Shown: positions 37,425 through 48,649, counted from the first letter of the stretch. The stretch is 64,000 nt of DNA from Candidatus Omnitrophota bacterium (GCA_022711395.1 JAKLFA010000003.1:226509-290508), one strand, 5' to 3'. Notes: generated from the letters alone by a model not told the origin. Translations and numbers: made by a program.

Positions 37425-38206
37425 GAGGGCCTCCTTTGTATCCGGACGATCTTTTGGGCGGTTCCCGTCTGATCATCCAGAGAAACGATCACTCCGTTAA
37501 GGACCGGATCGTCTTTGGCAACCTCAAAACGGGCAGGCAGGCCCGTCAAAAACCTTTTAATGATCTTGTCCTTTTTTTGGCCGATCACGGAATCATACGG
37601 GCCTGTCATTCCAAGGTCCGTGATATAAGCCGTTCCCTTGGAAAGGATCTTTTCATCAGCCGTCTGGATATGTGTATGGGTTCCGAAAACAGCTGAAACT
37701 TTTCCGTCTAAGAACCAGCCCATGGCGATCTTTTCGCTGGTCGCCTCCGCGTGAAAATCGACCAGGACGACCTGCGCCTCTTGCTTAAGCTTAGCAACGC
37801 ATTTTTCGGCCGTGCGAAAAGGACAATCTGTATAGTATTTCACGAAGACCCTGCCCAAAAGGCTCAACACGCCTATGCGCACGCCTTTCTTCGTCTGAAC
37901 AACGACCGACCCAGCGCCCGGCGCATCATCCGGAAAGTTCGCCGGCCGCAGAACGCGGGGCTCTTCTTTCAAATATTCAACAAGTTCTTCGCGGTCCCAG
38001 ACATGATCGCCTAAAGTGATCACATCGCATCCAGCGCGAAAGAACTGCTTGGCGATCCTTGGCGTGACACCAGACCCTCCGGCGGCATTTTCAGCATTGA
38101 CAATGACCGCGTCCAAAGCGAATTCCTGCATCATTTTAGGAAGTTCGTCTTCGAGGATCTTCCGTCCCGCCTGACCGACCACATCTCCAACGCAAAGGAT
38201 GTTCAT
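37403..38206 (-). CDS. ymdB: YmdB-family metallophosphoesterase (2',3'-cyclic-nucleotide phosphodiesterase-like, TIGR00282)
   Basis: 267 aa: MNILCVGDVVG...NAENAAGG...GDHVWD. It is encoded directly downstream of rny, as in Firmicutes. Confidence 0.85.
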   Translation of the reverse strand: MNILCVGDVVGQAGRKILEDELPKMMQEFALDAVIVNAENAAGGSGVTPRIAKQFFRAGCDVITLGDHVWDREELVEYLKEEPRVLRPANFPDDAPGAGSVVVQTKKGVRIGVLSLLGRVFVKYYTDCPFRTAEKCVAKLKQEAQVVLVDFHAEATSEKIAMGWFLDGKVSAVFGTHTHIQTADEKILSKGTAYITDLGMTGPYDSVIGQKKDKIIKRFLTGLPARFEVAKDDPVLNGVIVSLDDQTGTAQKIVRIQRRPSCLPGTD

Positions 38207-38282
38207 AATTAAAACCCTTTAAACGGCGCTGAAACGCTTTTTTCCTTGCTTCCCCAAAGCCCAAACCATCGCAGCGCCTTGT

Positions 38283-39851
38283 TTATTTTGCGTATTCAAC
38301 GGCCCGCGTTTCCCGCACGACAATAACCTTGATCTGTCCGGGATATTCGAGCTCCTGTTCAACACGTTTGCGTATATCCCGGGCCATGACAATAGCTTCG
38401 TCATCATTAACTTTCCCCGGTTCAACTAGAACGCGCACCTCACGCCCAGCCTGAAGGGCGTAGGATTTTTCAACCCCTTTAAAAGAATTGGCGATCTTTT
38501 CCAGGCTTTCCAAACGTTTCACATAAATATCCAGCGTTTCCGCCCGGGCTCCGGGACGGGAAGCGCTGATCGCGTCCGCGGCGCACAACAAAACTCCATA
38601 TAGCGAATTGCATTCCACTTCTTCGTGGTGAGAAGCGATCGCGTTAACCACGATATCGTTCTCCCCGTGTTTTTTAGCAAGGTTAGCGCCGGCGATCGCA
38701 TGGGTCCCCTCTTCCACTTCCTGCGCGATCACCTTTCCGATATCATGCAAAAGCCCGACCCGAACCGCGATCTTTGGATCAAGCCCCAGCTGCCCGGCCA
38801 TTAAAGACATGATGCGGGCGACCTCTTTGGTATGGATCAAGGCGTTCTGCCCAAAACTGGTCCGGTATTTCAAACGACCTACGAGCTTTAAAAGTTCCGG
38901 ATGCATTCGGTGGATCCCAAGTTCGAACGCGGCCTTGTCCCCTTCTTCCTTGATCGTCTTCTCGATCTCCAGCTTGGCCTTTTCAACGACCTCTTCAATG
39001 CGTCCCGGATGGATCCGTCCGTCAGAGATCAACTTTTCCAACGCGATGCGCGCAATCTCCCGACGGACCATATCAAACCCCGAGATCGTGACCGCTTCCG
39101 GGGTATCATCGATAATAATATCGACACCGGTCGCCATTTCCAAGGCGCGAATATTTCGCCCTTCACGGCCGATGATGCGGCCCTTCATTTCATCGCTGGG
39201 AAGAGGAACAACGCTCAGCGTTGTTTCCGCCGTGTGATCGGAGGCGCAGCGTTGAATGGCCGTCGTAATGATCTGGCGGGCTGTCTTATCGCTCTGCTCT
39301 TTGATGTCTTCCTCCATCTGGCGCAGACGCGTCGCTTTTTCCTGAACGATCTCTTCATCCATCCTCTTCAACAACAGGTCTTTGGCCTGCTCTGAGGTCA
39401 TGGAAGACATTTCCTGCAAGCGCTTCTTTTCCTCATCGATCAGTTTGCTCAACTCCTCATCGCGCATCTTCACCCGGTCCTCATCCTTACGCAAAGACCC
39501 GATCCGCGCTTCAATGTCTTTTTCCTTCTTTTCGAGAAGATCCACGCGCTTCTCAATGTTCTCCTCTTTTTGATGCAGCCTTTTTTCAAGGACGACCAGC
39601 TCATCCCTACGAGTTTTGGTCTCTTTTTCAAACTCCTGACGAAGCTTGATCATCATGTCTTTGCCGGCCAGCTCCGCTTCCTTCTTATGAGTTTCTGCCT
39701 CACGTTCAGCGAACTCCTTAAGTTTGCGGGCCTTATCTTCGGCTTCGCGGATCCTTTTATTGGCAAAATAGGTTCGCCACAAGATCCCTAAAAAAATTCC
39801 CAACCCAAATGATGCAAACGCCGTAAGTAAAATATCATTTTCAAAATTCAT
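38283..39851 (-). CDS. rny: Ribonuclease Y
   Basis: An N-terminal TM helix, a coiled coil, a KH domain ([15 protein letters not shown]) and an HD domain (LLHDIGK...HH). Start chosen at MNFEND. Confidence 0.92.
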   Translation of the reverse strand: MNFENDILLTAFASFGLGIFLGILWRTYFANKRIREAEDKARKLKEFAEREAETHKKEAELAGKDMMIKLRQEFEKETKTRRDELVVLEKRLHQKEENIEKRVDLLEKKEKDIEARIGSLRKDEDRVKMRDEELSKLIDEEKKRLQEMSSMTSEQAKDLLLKRMDEEIVQEKATRLRQMEEDIKEQSDKTARQIITTAIQRCASDHTAETTLSVVPLPSDEMKGRIIGREGRNIRALEMATGVDIIIDDTPEAVTISGFDMVRREIARIALEKLISDGRIHPGRIEEVVEKAKLEIEKTIKEEGDKAAFELGIHRMHPELLKLVGRLKYRTSFGQNALIHTKEVARIMSLMAGQLGLDPKIAVRVGLLHDIGKVIAQEVEEGTHAIAGANLAKKHGENDIVVNAIASHHEEVECNSLYGVLLCAADAISASRPGARAETLDIYVKRLESLEKIANSFKGVEKSYALQAGREVRVLVEPGKVNDDEAIVMARDIRKRVEQELEYPGQIKVIVVRETRAVEYAK

Positions 39852-39926
39852 ATCGCCTCTCCTATATGACAGAAACAAGGCTTTCCCTTGTCTGAATAAA
39901 AATGAACCTCTGTTGTTGTTCTTGTT

Positions 39927-40484
39927 TTACGCAAAGATCACGCGGTTGACGGGGACATCGTGAAGGTCTATCGGCACCCGCTCGATCATTTGAAAATCAA
40001 AGGCGAGGCCAACGCTAGGAATGCGAAAAGACAAGTCCGTTAAGAACCGGTCGTAATACCCTGCCCCCCGGCCAAGGCGGTTGTTGCTCCGGTCAAAAGC
40101 AACGCCCGGCACGATAACAAGATCCAGCCGTGCTGGTTCAATTCGCTGGGTCTCTTCTTTTTTTGGTTGTTGGATATTATAGGGACCATATTCTAAGTCA
40201 TTGTCTAAGTCGCGGATACGTCTAAGCTCCAATGCTTGAGCATCCGGCAACACGCACGGCAAAACAACATCCTTGTCCAGATCTAGCGCCTTTTTCATGA
40301 GGTCGAACGTATCAACCTCTCCCGCAAACGATGCGTAAAACAAAATTGTTTTTGCCTTTTGAAACTCTTGCAGCTTTAAGACCTGTTCTGCAATCGCGCG
40401 GCTTTTTGAAAGCCGTTGATCCTCCTTTTGCTGTTTCAATAGATCAATAATTCTTCTTCTGATTTCTTGTTTAGATGTCACCAC
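39927..40484 (-). CDS. 5-formyltetrahydrofolate cyclo-ligase
   Basis: 185 aa with the LGRGAGYYDRFL motif. Confidence 0.85.
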   Translation of the reverse strand: MVTSKQEIRRRIIDLLKQQKEDQRLSKSRAIAEQVLKLQEFQKAKTILFYASFAGEVDTFDLMKKALDLDKDVVLPCVLPDAQALELRRIRDLDNDLEYGPYNIQQPKKEETQRIEPARLDLVIVPGVAFDRSNNRLGRGAGYYDRFLTDLSFRIPSVGLAFDFQMIERVPIDLHDVPVNRVIFA

Positions 40485-40629
40485 ACATAAACCTGTCGCG
40501 CCTTTTAAAAGGCGCTTTAACTCACATTTAATATGATTATAAGTATTAATCAGATTAATATGCTAACATTTTTAAATTCATTTCTCAATAAAATTTTTTG
40601 AAAAAACGAGCATATTTTTTAAAAAATCG

Positions 40630-41997
40630 TCATTTTTTATAATTTTTTGTGTTTTTCAAGCCATTTATTCTTTCTCTAATTTTAGCTTCATATCCCTGGT
40701 CCGTTGGCTCATAATAATGCACATCTTTAGGCATGTAGACCTGATCAACAAAATGATCCTTATAATCATGTGCGTATTTATACTCCTGGCCATGCCCAAG
40801 CTTTTGAGCTCCCGGGTAGTGGGAATCCTTTAAATGAACGGGAACCTCCTGAACGCGCCTGGCTTTTACATCATCCAGGGCCTTTTCAATGCCAAGATAA
40901 GATGCGTTCGATTTGGGGGCACAGGCTACGTAAACGACCGCCTGAGCCAAAGGGATCCTGGCCTCCGGCATACCCAAGGTCTCGACCGCCTGAAATACTG
41001 CCGTTGCCAAAACCAAGGCCTGAGGATCGGCGTTGCCTACATCTTCAGAAGCGCAAATGCACACTCTTCTGGCAATGAACCGCGGGTCTTCACCGGCATA
41101 GATCATTTTCGCAAGCCAATAGAGCGCCGCATCCGGATCCGAACCTCTCATGGACTTAATGAACGCGGAGATCGTATCATAATGGGCGTCTCCGTCTCGA
41201 TCATAGCGGACCTGTTTTTTCTGAATAGACTCCTGCGCTGCAGCCAAGGAGAAATGGATTTCACCGGCCTTGTTTTTAGACGTTGTTAAGCACCCCACCT
41301 CCAAAGCATTAAGCGCCCGACGGGCGTCGCCATCTGCGACCTCCGCAAGAAATTCTAAAGCGTCCTGATCCGCTGCGATCTTCATCTGGCCGAGGCCCCT
41401 GCTCTTATCCGAAAGAGCCCTGTTCAGCACAATCAAGATATCCTGCGCGGAAAGCGGTTCCAGCTCAAAGACCAGCGATCGCGATAACAGCGGGCTTACT
41501 AAAGAAAAGAAGGGGTTCATGGTCGTGGCGCCGATCAGGATAATGTTTCCATTCTCAACGTCCGGCATCAAAACATCCTGCTGGGCCTTATTAAAACGAT
41601 GGATCTCGTCAATGAATACGATCGTTCGATTGCCGGTGTTCATCCTGCGGTTCTGAGCCGCTGAAATGATCTTTCGAAGTTCCTCCACGTTCGATGCCAC
41701 GGCATTGACCCGCTCAAAGACCGCGTCCGTGCGCCGGCTGATGCAATAAGCAAGCGTGGTCTTTCCCGTCCCGGGAGGGCCATAAAGGATCAATGAACTG
41801 ATGCGATCCGCTTCAATGGCCCTTGTTAAAAGCTTGCCTTCTCCGAGAATGTGCGTCTGTCCGACATATTCTTCGAGCGTTTGAGGCCGCATGCGGACAC
41901 TGAGCGGACGCGTCTGAAAGACCCGCTCTTCCCGTTCTCCTTCGAACAGATCACTTTTGTCTTCTGAAATATGTTTGGTCGGTTTTTTTGTAGGCAT
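40630..41997 (-). CDS. rarA: Replication-associated recombination protein A (RarA/MgsA AAA+ ATPase)
   Basis: 455 aa: LYGPPGTGKTTLA, IVFIDEIHRFNKAQQD and a C-terminal MgsA domain. Confidence 0.9.
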   Translation of the reverse strand: MPTKKPTKHISEDKSDLFEGEREERVFQTRPLSVRMRPQTLEEYVGQTHILGEGKLLTRAIEADRISSLILYGPPGTGKTTLAYCISRRTDAVFERVNAVASNVEELRKIISAAQNRRMNTGNRTIVFIDEIHRFNKAQQDVLMPDVENGNIILIGATTMNPFFSLVSPLLSRSLVFELEPLSAQDILIVLNRALSDKSRGLGQMKIAADQDALEFLAEVADGDARRALNALEVGCLTTSKNKAGEIHFSLAAAQESIQKKQVRYDRDGDAHYDTISAFIKSMRGSDPDAALYWLAKMIYAGEDPRFIARRVCICASEDVGNADPQALVLATAVFQAVETLGMPEARIPLAQAVVYVACAPKSNASYLGIEKALDDVKARRVQEVPVHLKDSHYPGAQKLGHGQEYKYAHDYKDHFVDQVYMPKDVHYYEPTDQGYEAKIRERINGLKNTKNYKK

Positions 41998-42215
41998 ATA
42001 AAAAATCCCCGCAAATGCCGTCGAACTACTGACATAGGCGAACCGAGTTCACCACGTGGGCGCCTCCCCGGCTGTCTCACGAGACAGGCGGAAGTCAAGC
42101 TCCCTTTGTCATTGTGTTGGTTCGTTTAAAATAGTTCTAACGCACACCGCAGGGAAACATATTATAACACAAACGCGGAAAAGCGCCACTGTTGGCTGGC
42201 GCCGGAAAGAAGCCC

Positions 42216-44243
42216 TTATCGGACCATAGCCCCGAGCCGCTGAACCAAGGAAGTAAGCACTTTTTGATGAGCGCCCTCAACTTCCGCCTCGGTCAATGTC
42301 CGTTGCTGATTTTGATAAACGACCGTGAAGACCACTCCTCTGTGCCCGGGCTGGATCTTTTCTCCCAAATATTCCTCTTTGAAAATGATCTCCTTCAGCA
42401 TATCCAAATTCAAATCAAGGATCGCTTTCTGTATGTCCTGAAAAGAAATCGCACTCACGATCGATAAACTGACGTCCCTTACCACCGCTGGAAACTGCGC
42501 AAGCGGAACATACCGCCCAGGTTTTTGCTTCATGGCGTACAGCGCCTCGAGGTCCAGTTCAGCGAAAAAGACCTCATCCGCTTTTACGTCCCACGCCTTA
42601 AGGATCTCTGCTTTCAGCCGGCCGGCCGTTCCGATCTCATTTCTGCCGATCCTGACCGATGCGGCTTGCCCCTCTTCAAATTTCGCATCGCTCACCTGTT
42701 CAAAAGAAGGACCCTCTGTCCTGAGCGCCGAACAGGCCCGCTCCACGGCCCCTTTCAGGTCATAAAAATCGCATGTCCGTTTTTGCGCCTGCCGCCAATC
42801 TTGTTTCACGGCGCCGGTCATAATAATAGCCAGCCGCTCTTTCTCCCCGCCGGGCAAATACGCTTTTCCTGTTTCAAAAAGCTGCAGATCCTTTTGCCCA
42901 TGATTGATATTCTCAATAACAACCGACAAAAAGCTTGGCAAAAGGCTTGCCCTCATCAGTTCCTGCTCCTGCGAAAGCGGATTCAAAACAACCATGCCCC
43001 GCTGCGCGCAGAAGCTTTTTTCATGGGCTTCACGGCTTACCATGCTGTAGGTTAAGATTTCCTGCAGACCTTGTTTTAGCAAAGCCTCCACGATGGCGGC
43101 CCTCTTGATGCGCCGCTCGTTGGACCTCATGGACGTGATCGTAACCAAAGGAAGCGATGAAGGAAGCTTGTCATAACCGATCACCCGGCCGATCTCCTCA
43201 TAGCAATCTTCGGCCGAACGGACATCGGCGCGAAAATCCGGTGGCACAATGCGCAACGCGTCCGCTGATGGAGCCGTCACTCCAAAACCCAAAGTCTTTA
43301 AGATCCTTTTCATTTCCGCCGTCGATATTGTAGCGCCTAAAAAGTCGTTTACAGTTTGCGCCTTTAAAACAATAGCGGGTTTCTTTTTTGTTTTTCCGAC
43401 ACCGCCCACATCTTTATAGGACCTGACTGTGCCGCCGGCATGCTGCAAGATCAGATCAACGGCCCGGTGCGCCGATTTCTGCACTTGAGCAAGGACGGTC
43501 CCGCGCTCAAACCGATAAGAAGAATCGCTGGACAGCCCCATTTTTCTCGACGTCTTTCGGATCAGGACCGGATCGAACCAGGCGCTTTCAAGCAAGACCC
43601 TCTTTGTTGATGGCGTGACTTCACTATTGGCCCCTCCCATGATCCCGGCCAGCGCCACGGGGCGTTCTGCATCGGCGATGACTAAGACCGACGGGTCCAG
43701 TTCTCTTTCCTGTCCGTCGAGCGTGACGATCTTTTCTCCCTTACGCGCGTAGCGGACAATGATCTGTCCGCCCTTGAGTTTGTCATAATCAAACGCATGC
43801 AATGGATGCCCTAATTCAAATAAACAGTAATTCGTAATGTCAACGATGTTGCTGATCGGACGATTTCCCAGCGCCTGCAGCCGTGTTTTGATCTCATCCG
43901 GAGAGCTTTTGACGGAAACGCCTTCGATCAACGTGCCGATATAACGCTTGCACGCCTCTTTGGCCTCTATGCTGATATTACAGGCCTGTTTGGGCAGGCT
44001 CCTTTTAAGCAGGGCCGGCTCTTTCAGGTCCTTTTTCAAGACCGCAGCGACCTCCCTGGCGATCCCGAGCATATTCAGACAATCAGGACGGTTAGGCGTG
44101 ATCTCAAATTCAATGACCGTGTCCTTTCCAATGGACTCGATCTTTTCCGCCTCGATCCCAGCCATGGTCAATTTATGAACAAGCTCGGGAACCGTGATGT
44201 CCAGACCAACATATTCTTTGATCCACTCAAGACTGATCTTCAT
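42216..44243 (-). CDS. pheT: Phenylalanyl-tRNA synthetase beta subunit (short form lacking the N-terminal tRNA-binding/EMAP domain)
   Basis: 675 aa. It starts MKISLEWIKEYV like bacterial PheT and has B3/4, B5 and the C-terminal FDX-ACB domain. The window sequence goes straight from the B1 start to the PDC motif without the ~110-aa tRNA-binding insertion. Confidence 0.88.
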   Translation of the reverse strand: MKISLEWIKEYVGLDITVPELVHKLTMAGIEAEKIESIGKDTVIEFEITPNRPDCLNMLGIAREVAAVLKKDLKEPALLKRSLPKQACNISIEAKEACKRYIGTLIEGVSVKSSPDEIKTRLQALGNRPISNIVDITNYCLFELGHPLHAFDYDKLKGGQIIVRYARKGEKIVTLDGQERELDPSVLVIADAERPVALAGIMGGANSEVTPSTKRVLLESAWFDPVLIRKTSRKMGLSSDSSYRFERGTVLAQVQKSAHRAVDLILQHAGGTVRSYKDVGGVGKTKKKPAIVLKAQTVNDFLGATISTAEMKRILKTLGFGVTAPSADALRIVPPDFRADVRSAEDCYEEIGRVIGYDKLPSSLPLVTITSMRSNERRIKRAAIVEALLKQGLQEILTYSMVSREAHEKSFCAQRGMVVLNPLSQEQELMRASLLPSFLSVVIENINHGQKDLQLFETGKAYLPGGEKERLAIIMTGAVKQDWRQAQKRTCDFYDLKGAVERACSALRTEGPSFEQVSDAKFEEGQAASVRIGRNEIGTAGRLKAEILKAWDVKADEVFFAELDLEALYAMKQKPGRYVPLAQFPAVVRDVSLSIVSAISFQDIQKAILDLNLDMLKEIIFKEEYLGEKIQPGHRGVVFTVVYQNQQRTLTEAEVEGAHQKVLTSLVQRLGAMVR

Positions 44244-44370
44244 CCTTAAACCTCTTAACGCCTAACAATTAACCGCTAACAGTTGTGGTGTCCCTTCGGT
44301 GCACTGCATATCCGAGCCGCGAAGCGGCACAATCATTGTCACCTGTTCGTTGTTCTCTGTTCGCTGATTT

Positions 44371-45408
44371 TTAAAACTGTTTCAAAAACCGCAGATCGTT
44401 CTCAAAAAATAAGCGGATGTCATGGATACCGTATTTCAACATCGTTAAGCGCTCCACCCCCAGCCCAAAAGCCAGGCCCGTGTATTTTCCTTTAGGATAT
44501 CCAGCGGCCTCAAAGACCTTAGGGTGGACCATGCCGCAACCCATGACCTCGATCCATCCGGTCCGCTTGCAGGCGGAACAGCCCTTCCCCTTACAAATGT
44601 AGCACGACACATCGACTTCCGCCGACGGCTCGGTGAACGGAAAGAAGTGCGGACGAAACCGCATCGTAATCTCTTCCCCGAAGAGGCGCTTCAAAAACGC
44701 CTCAATGAGCCCTTTTAGGTCTGAAAACCGCACGTGCTTATCCACCAAAAGCCCTTCGATCTGATGGAACATGAACGAATGGCTGGCATCGACCGCGTCA
44801 GGCCGATAAACCCGGCCCGGCACCACAACAGCCAAGGGAGGAGTGTGGGCCTTCATTACGCGGATCTGAACAGGAGACGTCTGGCTGCGCAGCAATTGAT
44901 TCAATTTTTTATCATCAGGGTCTTTTTCATCCACATAGAACGTATCGAACCCGTCGCGGGACGGATGGTCTTTAGGAATATTTAATGCGTCAAAATTGTG
45001 AAACTCCGTCTCGACCTCGGGGCCCTCTTCGATCACAAAACCAAACCCTTCAAAGATGCCGCAAATCTGATCGATTGTCTGATTCAACACATGGCGGACG
45101 CCCACGGGTTGCGATACTCCAGGCAGAGAAACATCCAAGATCCTCCGGTGCTGTTGTTTCTCCAGGCCCTCAACGTCTTTTTTGCGCTGCTCAAAAAGAC
45201 CCGAGACCTCGTTCTTAAAAATGTTGGCCTGTTTTCCGATCAAAGGCTTTTCTTCGGCGGAAGCTTGCGCCAAGGACGCATACACCTGCTGAATAACGCC
45301 CTTCTTCCCCAAATATTTCACCCGGAATTCTTCCAGAGCCTTGGCCGTCTTAATGCCTTCCAATTCCTGGCGAGCATCCATCAAGAGTTGTTCAAAGTTC
45401 CAAACCAT
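44371..45408 (-). CDS. pheS: Phenylalanyl-tRNA synthetase alpha subunit
   Basis: 345 aa with class II motifs (FRPHFFPFTEPSAEVDV; GCGMVHPKV). Confidence 0.92.
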   Translation of the reverse strand: MVWNFEQLLMDARQELEGIKTAKALEEFRVKYLGKKGVIQQVYASLAQASAEEKPLIGKQANIFKNEVSGLFEQRKKDVEGLEKQQHRRILDVSLPGVSQPVGVRHVLNQTIDQICGIFEGFGFVIEEGPEVETEFHNFDALNIPKDHPSRDGFDTFYVDEKDPDDKKLNQLLRSQTSPVQIRVMKAHTPPLAVVVPGRVYRPDAVDASHSFMFHQIEGLLVDKHVRFSDLKGLIEAFLKRLFGEEITMRFRPHFFPFTEPSAEVDVSCYICKGKGCSACKRTGWIEVMGCGMVHPKVFEAAGYPKGKYTGLAFGLGVERLTMLKYGIHDIRLFFENDLRFLKQF

Positions 45409-45487
45409 AACACCCGTCCTTAACTAATATTCTAAAAGGATGCTGAATTATATCACGAAATCGACCGCCAAACCATGTCGGCAGTTT

Positions 45488-46942
45488 TTATTTTTTCCAG
45501 GTCGCCGGCGAAAACAAGATCAGGACCGCGTAAAGCTCCAGGCGTCCGGCGATCATCAAAAAGATCAACACCCACTTGCTGGGGACCGACATCCATCCGT
45601 AATTCAACACCGGGCCTGTCTTTGCCAATCCCGGCCCAACGCTGCTGATCGCTGACACCGCCGACGAAACAGCCGTCAGGATATCTGTTGAATCAAAAAT
45701 AATCAGCAACAACGTGCCCAAAAGGATCAAAAAAACACACAAAGAAAAATACGTCAAAATGCTTAACGCCACTTTTTCCGAGACTGTGGCCCGATTGAAG
45801 CGAACCGGGACAACGGCATTTGGAAAGATCGCCTTTGTTACAGACTGTATCCCGATCTTCGCGGTTAAAACCAATCGCACAATTTTTAATCCTCCGCTGG
45901 TTGATCCCGCGCAGGCCCCCACGGACATAAAAAACAAAAGCAGCCCCCGTAAAATGTCCGGCCAAAGATCAAAATCAGCCGTAAAGAATCCCGTCGTGGT
46001 TACAATCGATATGACCTGAAAAACAGCGTCCCTGACGGGCGCCGCGCTCAAGTTGCTCCTCCACAAGACAAAAACAAATGTGGCGGAAAAAAACAAGACC
46101 CAGCCGGCATAAGCCTTGAATTCTTCATCCCGAAACAGCGACAGCGGCTTTCCTAAAAACAGCCAATAATAAAGCAAAAAGTTGATTCCGCCTAAAAACA
46201 TCGCTACAGCGATAACCCACTGAAGATAGGGGCTATACGCCCCAAGGCTGGCGTTCTTTGTCGAAAATCCGCCGGTTGCAATGGAACCAAATGTATGACA
46301 CAGCGCGTCAAAAACGCTCATTCCCCCGAAGAACAAAAACAAAAAACAAACGCTCGAAAGAAAAACATAAATGATCCAAAGGATCTTCGCGTTCTCTTTC
46401 AACCGCGGCACCACCCGGTCCGTTGAAATGCCGGATGCTTCCGCTTTATAAAGTTGATACGTGCTTCCGCCAAAAGCCGGTAAAAGCGCCACATAAAGGA
46501 CCACGATCCCCATGCCGCCGATCCAATGCGTCAGGCTTCTCCAGAACAAAATTCCCCGCGGAAGGATTTCTACATTTGAAAAGATTGAAGATCCGGTTGT
46601 TGTAAATCCGCTGACGACCTCAAATACTGCATCCGTAAAAGAAGGCACCACGTCGCTCAGCCAGAGAGGCAGCGCCCCCCAAATGGACAAAAAAATCCAG
46701 ACCATGCCAACCGCTCCCAACGCGTCTTTGGTGTTCATGGCCTGCAGATTGATCTTTTTTACAAAAAATAGACTCCGTCCAACAGCCACCAAAAGAAAGC
46801 CCACCAAGATCGCGACAACAAAAGCATTGGTTTCCACGCTGTAAAGATCGTCATGGGCCGCCCACGCCAAAGGCAAAAAAAGAAAAAAAGAAACAACCAA
46901 AAATATCCTGGAAATAATATAGAAAATTAATTTTTTATGCAT
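45488..46942 (-). CDS. trkH: TrkH/KtrB-family K+ transporter membrane subunit
   Basis: 484 aa, polytopic, with GF(S/T)T-type selectivity-like repeats (GFSTKNAS, TTTGF). Confidence 0.88.
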   Translation of the reverse strand: MHKKLIFYIISRIFLVVSFFLFLPLAWAAHDDLYSVETNAFVVAILVGFLLVAVGRSLFFVKKINLQAMNTKDALGAVGMVWIFLSIWGALPLWLSDVVPSFTDAVFEVVSGFTTTGSSIFSNVEILPRGILFWRSLTHWIGGMGIVVLYVALLPAFGGSTYQLYKAEASGISTDRVVPRLKENAKILWIIYVFLSSVCFLFLFFGGMSVFDALCHTFGSIATGGFSTKNASLGAYSPYLQWVIAVAMFLGGINFLLYYWLFLGKPLSLFRDEEFKAYAGWVLFFSATFVFVLWRSNLSAAPVRDAVFQVISIVTTTGFFTADFDLWPDILRGLLLFFMSVGACAGSTSGGLKIVRLVLTAKIGIQSVTKAIFPNAVVPVRFNRATVSEKVALSILTYFSLCVFLILLGTLLLIIFDSTDILTAVSSAVSAISSVGPGLAKTGPVLNYGWMSVPSKWVLIFLMIAGRLELYAVLILFSPATWKK

Positions 46943-46963
46943 CCGTCCGGTCTTTGTTTAATT

Positions 46964-48319
46964 TCAAAATAAATGTTTTTTTGTAAACAGCACTCGGATC
47001 TTTTGAACGGCCGCTTCCCGACAAAAAACAATGACCTTCTCTCCCGCCTGGATCGATAATTCCCCATGGGCCAAAACGACTTCGTTGTTCCGAAAAACCG
47101 CCCCGACGATCGAATCCTTGGGAAACCCGATCTTTTTGAGCGGCCCCAGCGTCACCGGCGATCCTTCTTCAGGGACCAGTTCCAAAGCCTCTGCGTCGCA
47201 TTCCGCGAACGAGCTGACCGCGCTGATCCCTTTTCCGCGAACGAATCTCAAGATCTGGTCAACGGCCAAAAATCGTGGATTAATGACCGCATCAATGTTC
47301 ATGCAATCCACCACCGTCATAAAATCAGGAGCCGCTGTCGTAATGATCGTCGTTCTGGCTCCCATTTTCTTTGCTAACACAGCGCTCACCAGGTTCAAAT
47401 GATCCTCTTCGGTCACCGCAATAAATGCATCCGTTGTTTCGATCCCGCTCTCTTTTAAAATATCGCTCTCACAGGCAGACCCCTGGATCACGCGCACCTT
47501 TTCAAGCTTGGCAGCGGCCTCTTCGGCCCTTTCAGCCCGCTCATCCAAAAGAAGAATGTCTTCCATTTCAGAAGAGAGAAGCGTTGCCAGCCGCAATCCG
47601 ATCTGCCCCGCGCCGTAGATAACGGCCTTCTTATATCGTCGGACATCCGGATCAACGAACGTCAAAAACTCTGCGGCAGATTGGACCGGAAGAAGCACAT
47701 AGATCCTGTCTTCCGCCTGCAGAACCGTATCCCCTTTCGGAAAGAACACCTCTCCTTTGCGCATCACAGCAACGATCAAAAACGGCCATGGAAACTCTTC
47801 CTCCTGCAACGAAGACAGCTTCATTCCGTCCAGCGGGGACTTTTCCGCAATATTAAAGACCCTGAAAAGGATCCTTCCTTCTGCAAAGTCCGCCACCTCG
47901 CGAGCTCCAGGCGTCTTAAGGCTTCTTAAAATCGTCTTCGCCGCCAATTCCTCAGGATTAATGATCTCATCAATATCAAAATGCTTGCCGCGATAGCGCT
48001 CCAATGCGCGTGTTAATGACGCGTTGCGGACCCGTGCGACTTTATACTTAGCACCGTAGGCTCCCGCCAGAGAACAAACAACCACATTGGTCTCATCTGA
48101 TGTGGTGGCAGCGATCACCAGGTCCGCGTTGTGGATCGGCACCGATGTCAACACAGACGGGTCAGATCCGTTTCCCTCCACGACCTTAACGTCCAGCTTT
48201 TCTTCGACCTTCGCCGCTGTTGGCCTATCAGACTCGATCAGATAAACTTCGTGATCCCTGGAAAGTTCTTTAGCAAGATTTGAGCCGATCACGCCGGCCC
48301 CGGCAATGATAATTTTCAT
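46964..48319 (-). CDS. trkA: TrkA K+ uptake NAD-binding regulatory subunit (tandem RCK)
   Basis: 451 aa: MKIIIAGAGVIGSNLA plus a second Rossmann motif (AVIYGAGQIG). Confidence 0.9.
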   Translation of the reverse strand: MKIIIAGAGVIGSNLAKELSRDHEVYLIESDRPTAAKVEEKLDVKVVEGNGSDPSVLTSVPIHNADLVIAATTSDETNVVVCSLAGAYGAKYKVARVRNASLTRALERYRGKHFDIDEIINPEELAAKTILRSLKTPGAREVADFAEGRILFRVFNIAEKSPLDGMKLSSLQEEEFPWPFLIVAVMRKGEVFFPKGDTVLQAEDRIYVLLPVQSAAEFLTFVDPDVRRYKKAVIYGAGQIGLRLATLLSSEMEDILLLDERAERAEEAAAKLEKVRVIQGSACESDILKESGIETTDAFIAVTEEDHLNLVSAVLAKKMGARTTIITTAAPDFMTVVDCMNIDAVINPRFLAVDQILRFVRGKGISAVSSFAECDAEALELVPEEGSPVTLGPLKKIGFPKDSIVGAVFRNNEVVLAHGELSIQAGEKVIVFCREAAVQKIRVLFTKKHLF

Positions 48320-48341
48320 TTCATTCCCCCTTCGGGACTAT

Positions 48342-48566
48342 TTAAAACGACGTTGTCCTTGCTAATTGTGCTACCCCGACAAAAAACGCAATGATCGCCA
48401 TCACCGAAATCCACACCATGATCGTTACAAAAACGGGCCGCGCCTTTTGAGGTTTGCCTTTTGCCCGTCGATATCTAACGTATTGAAACCCGCCGATGAT
48501 CACCGCATAACAAATAAGCACCGGCAAATACAGATCGATCAAAGTTTTAAGTGGCACCTGGTCCAT
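48342..48566 (-). CDS. Hypothetical 74-aa two-TM membrane protein
   Basis: Two hydrophobic helices flank a basic loop (RYRRAKGKPQKARP). It is on the same strand between trkA and rplT. Confidence 0.35.
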   Translation of the reverse strand: MDQVPLKTLIDLYLPVLICYAVIIGGFQYVRYRRAKGKPQKARPVFVTIMVWISVMAIIAFFVGVAQLARTTSF

Positions 48567-48649
48567 GCTTTCCTTAAAAAATACGGCCCTACTCTTTTTG
48601 AGTAGGGCCGCATATCTTTCAAATGCCAGAAGGTATCATGCGTTAATTA

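Noticed and set aside
41998-42115. A possible SRP (4.5S) RNA, suggested by a GGAA tetraloop closed by GGC/GUC
   Set aside because: The highly conserved helix-8 sequence (GGAAGGAAGCAGC and its partner strand) is not present. The similarity is superficial.
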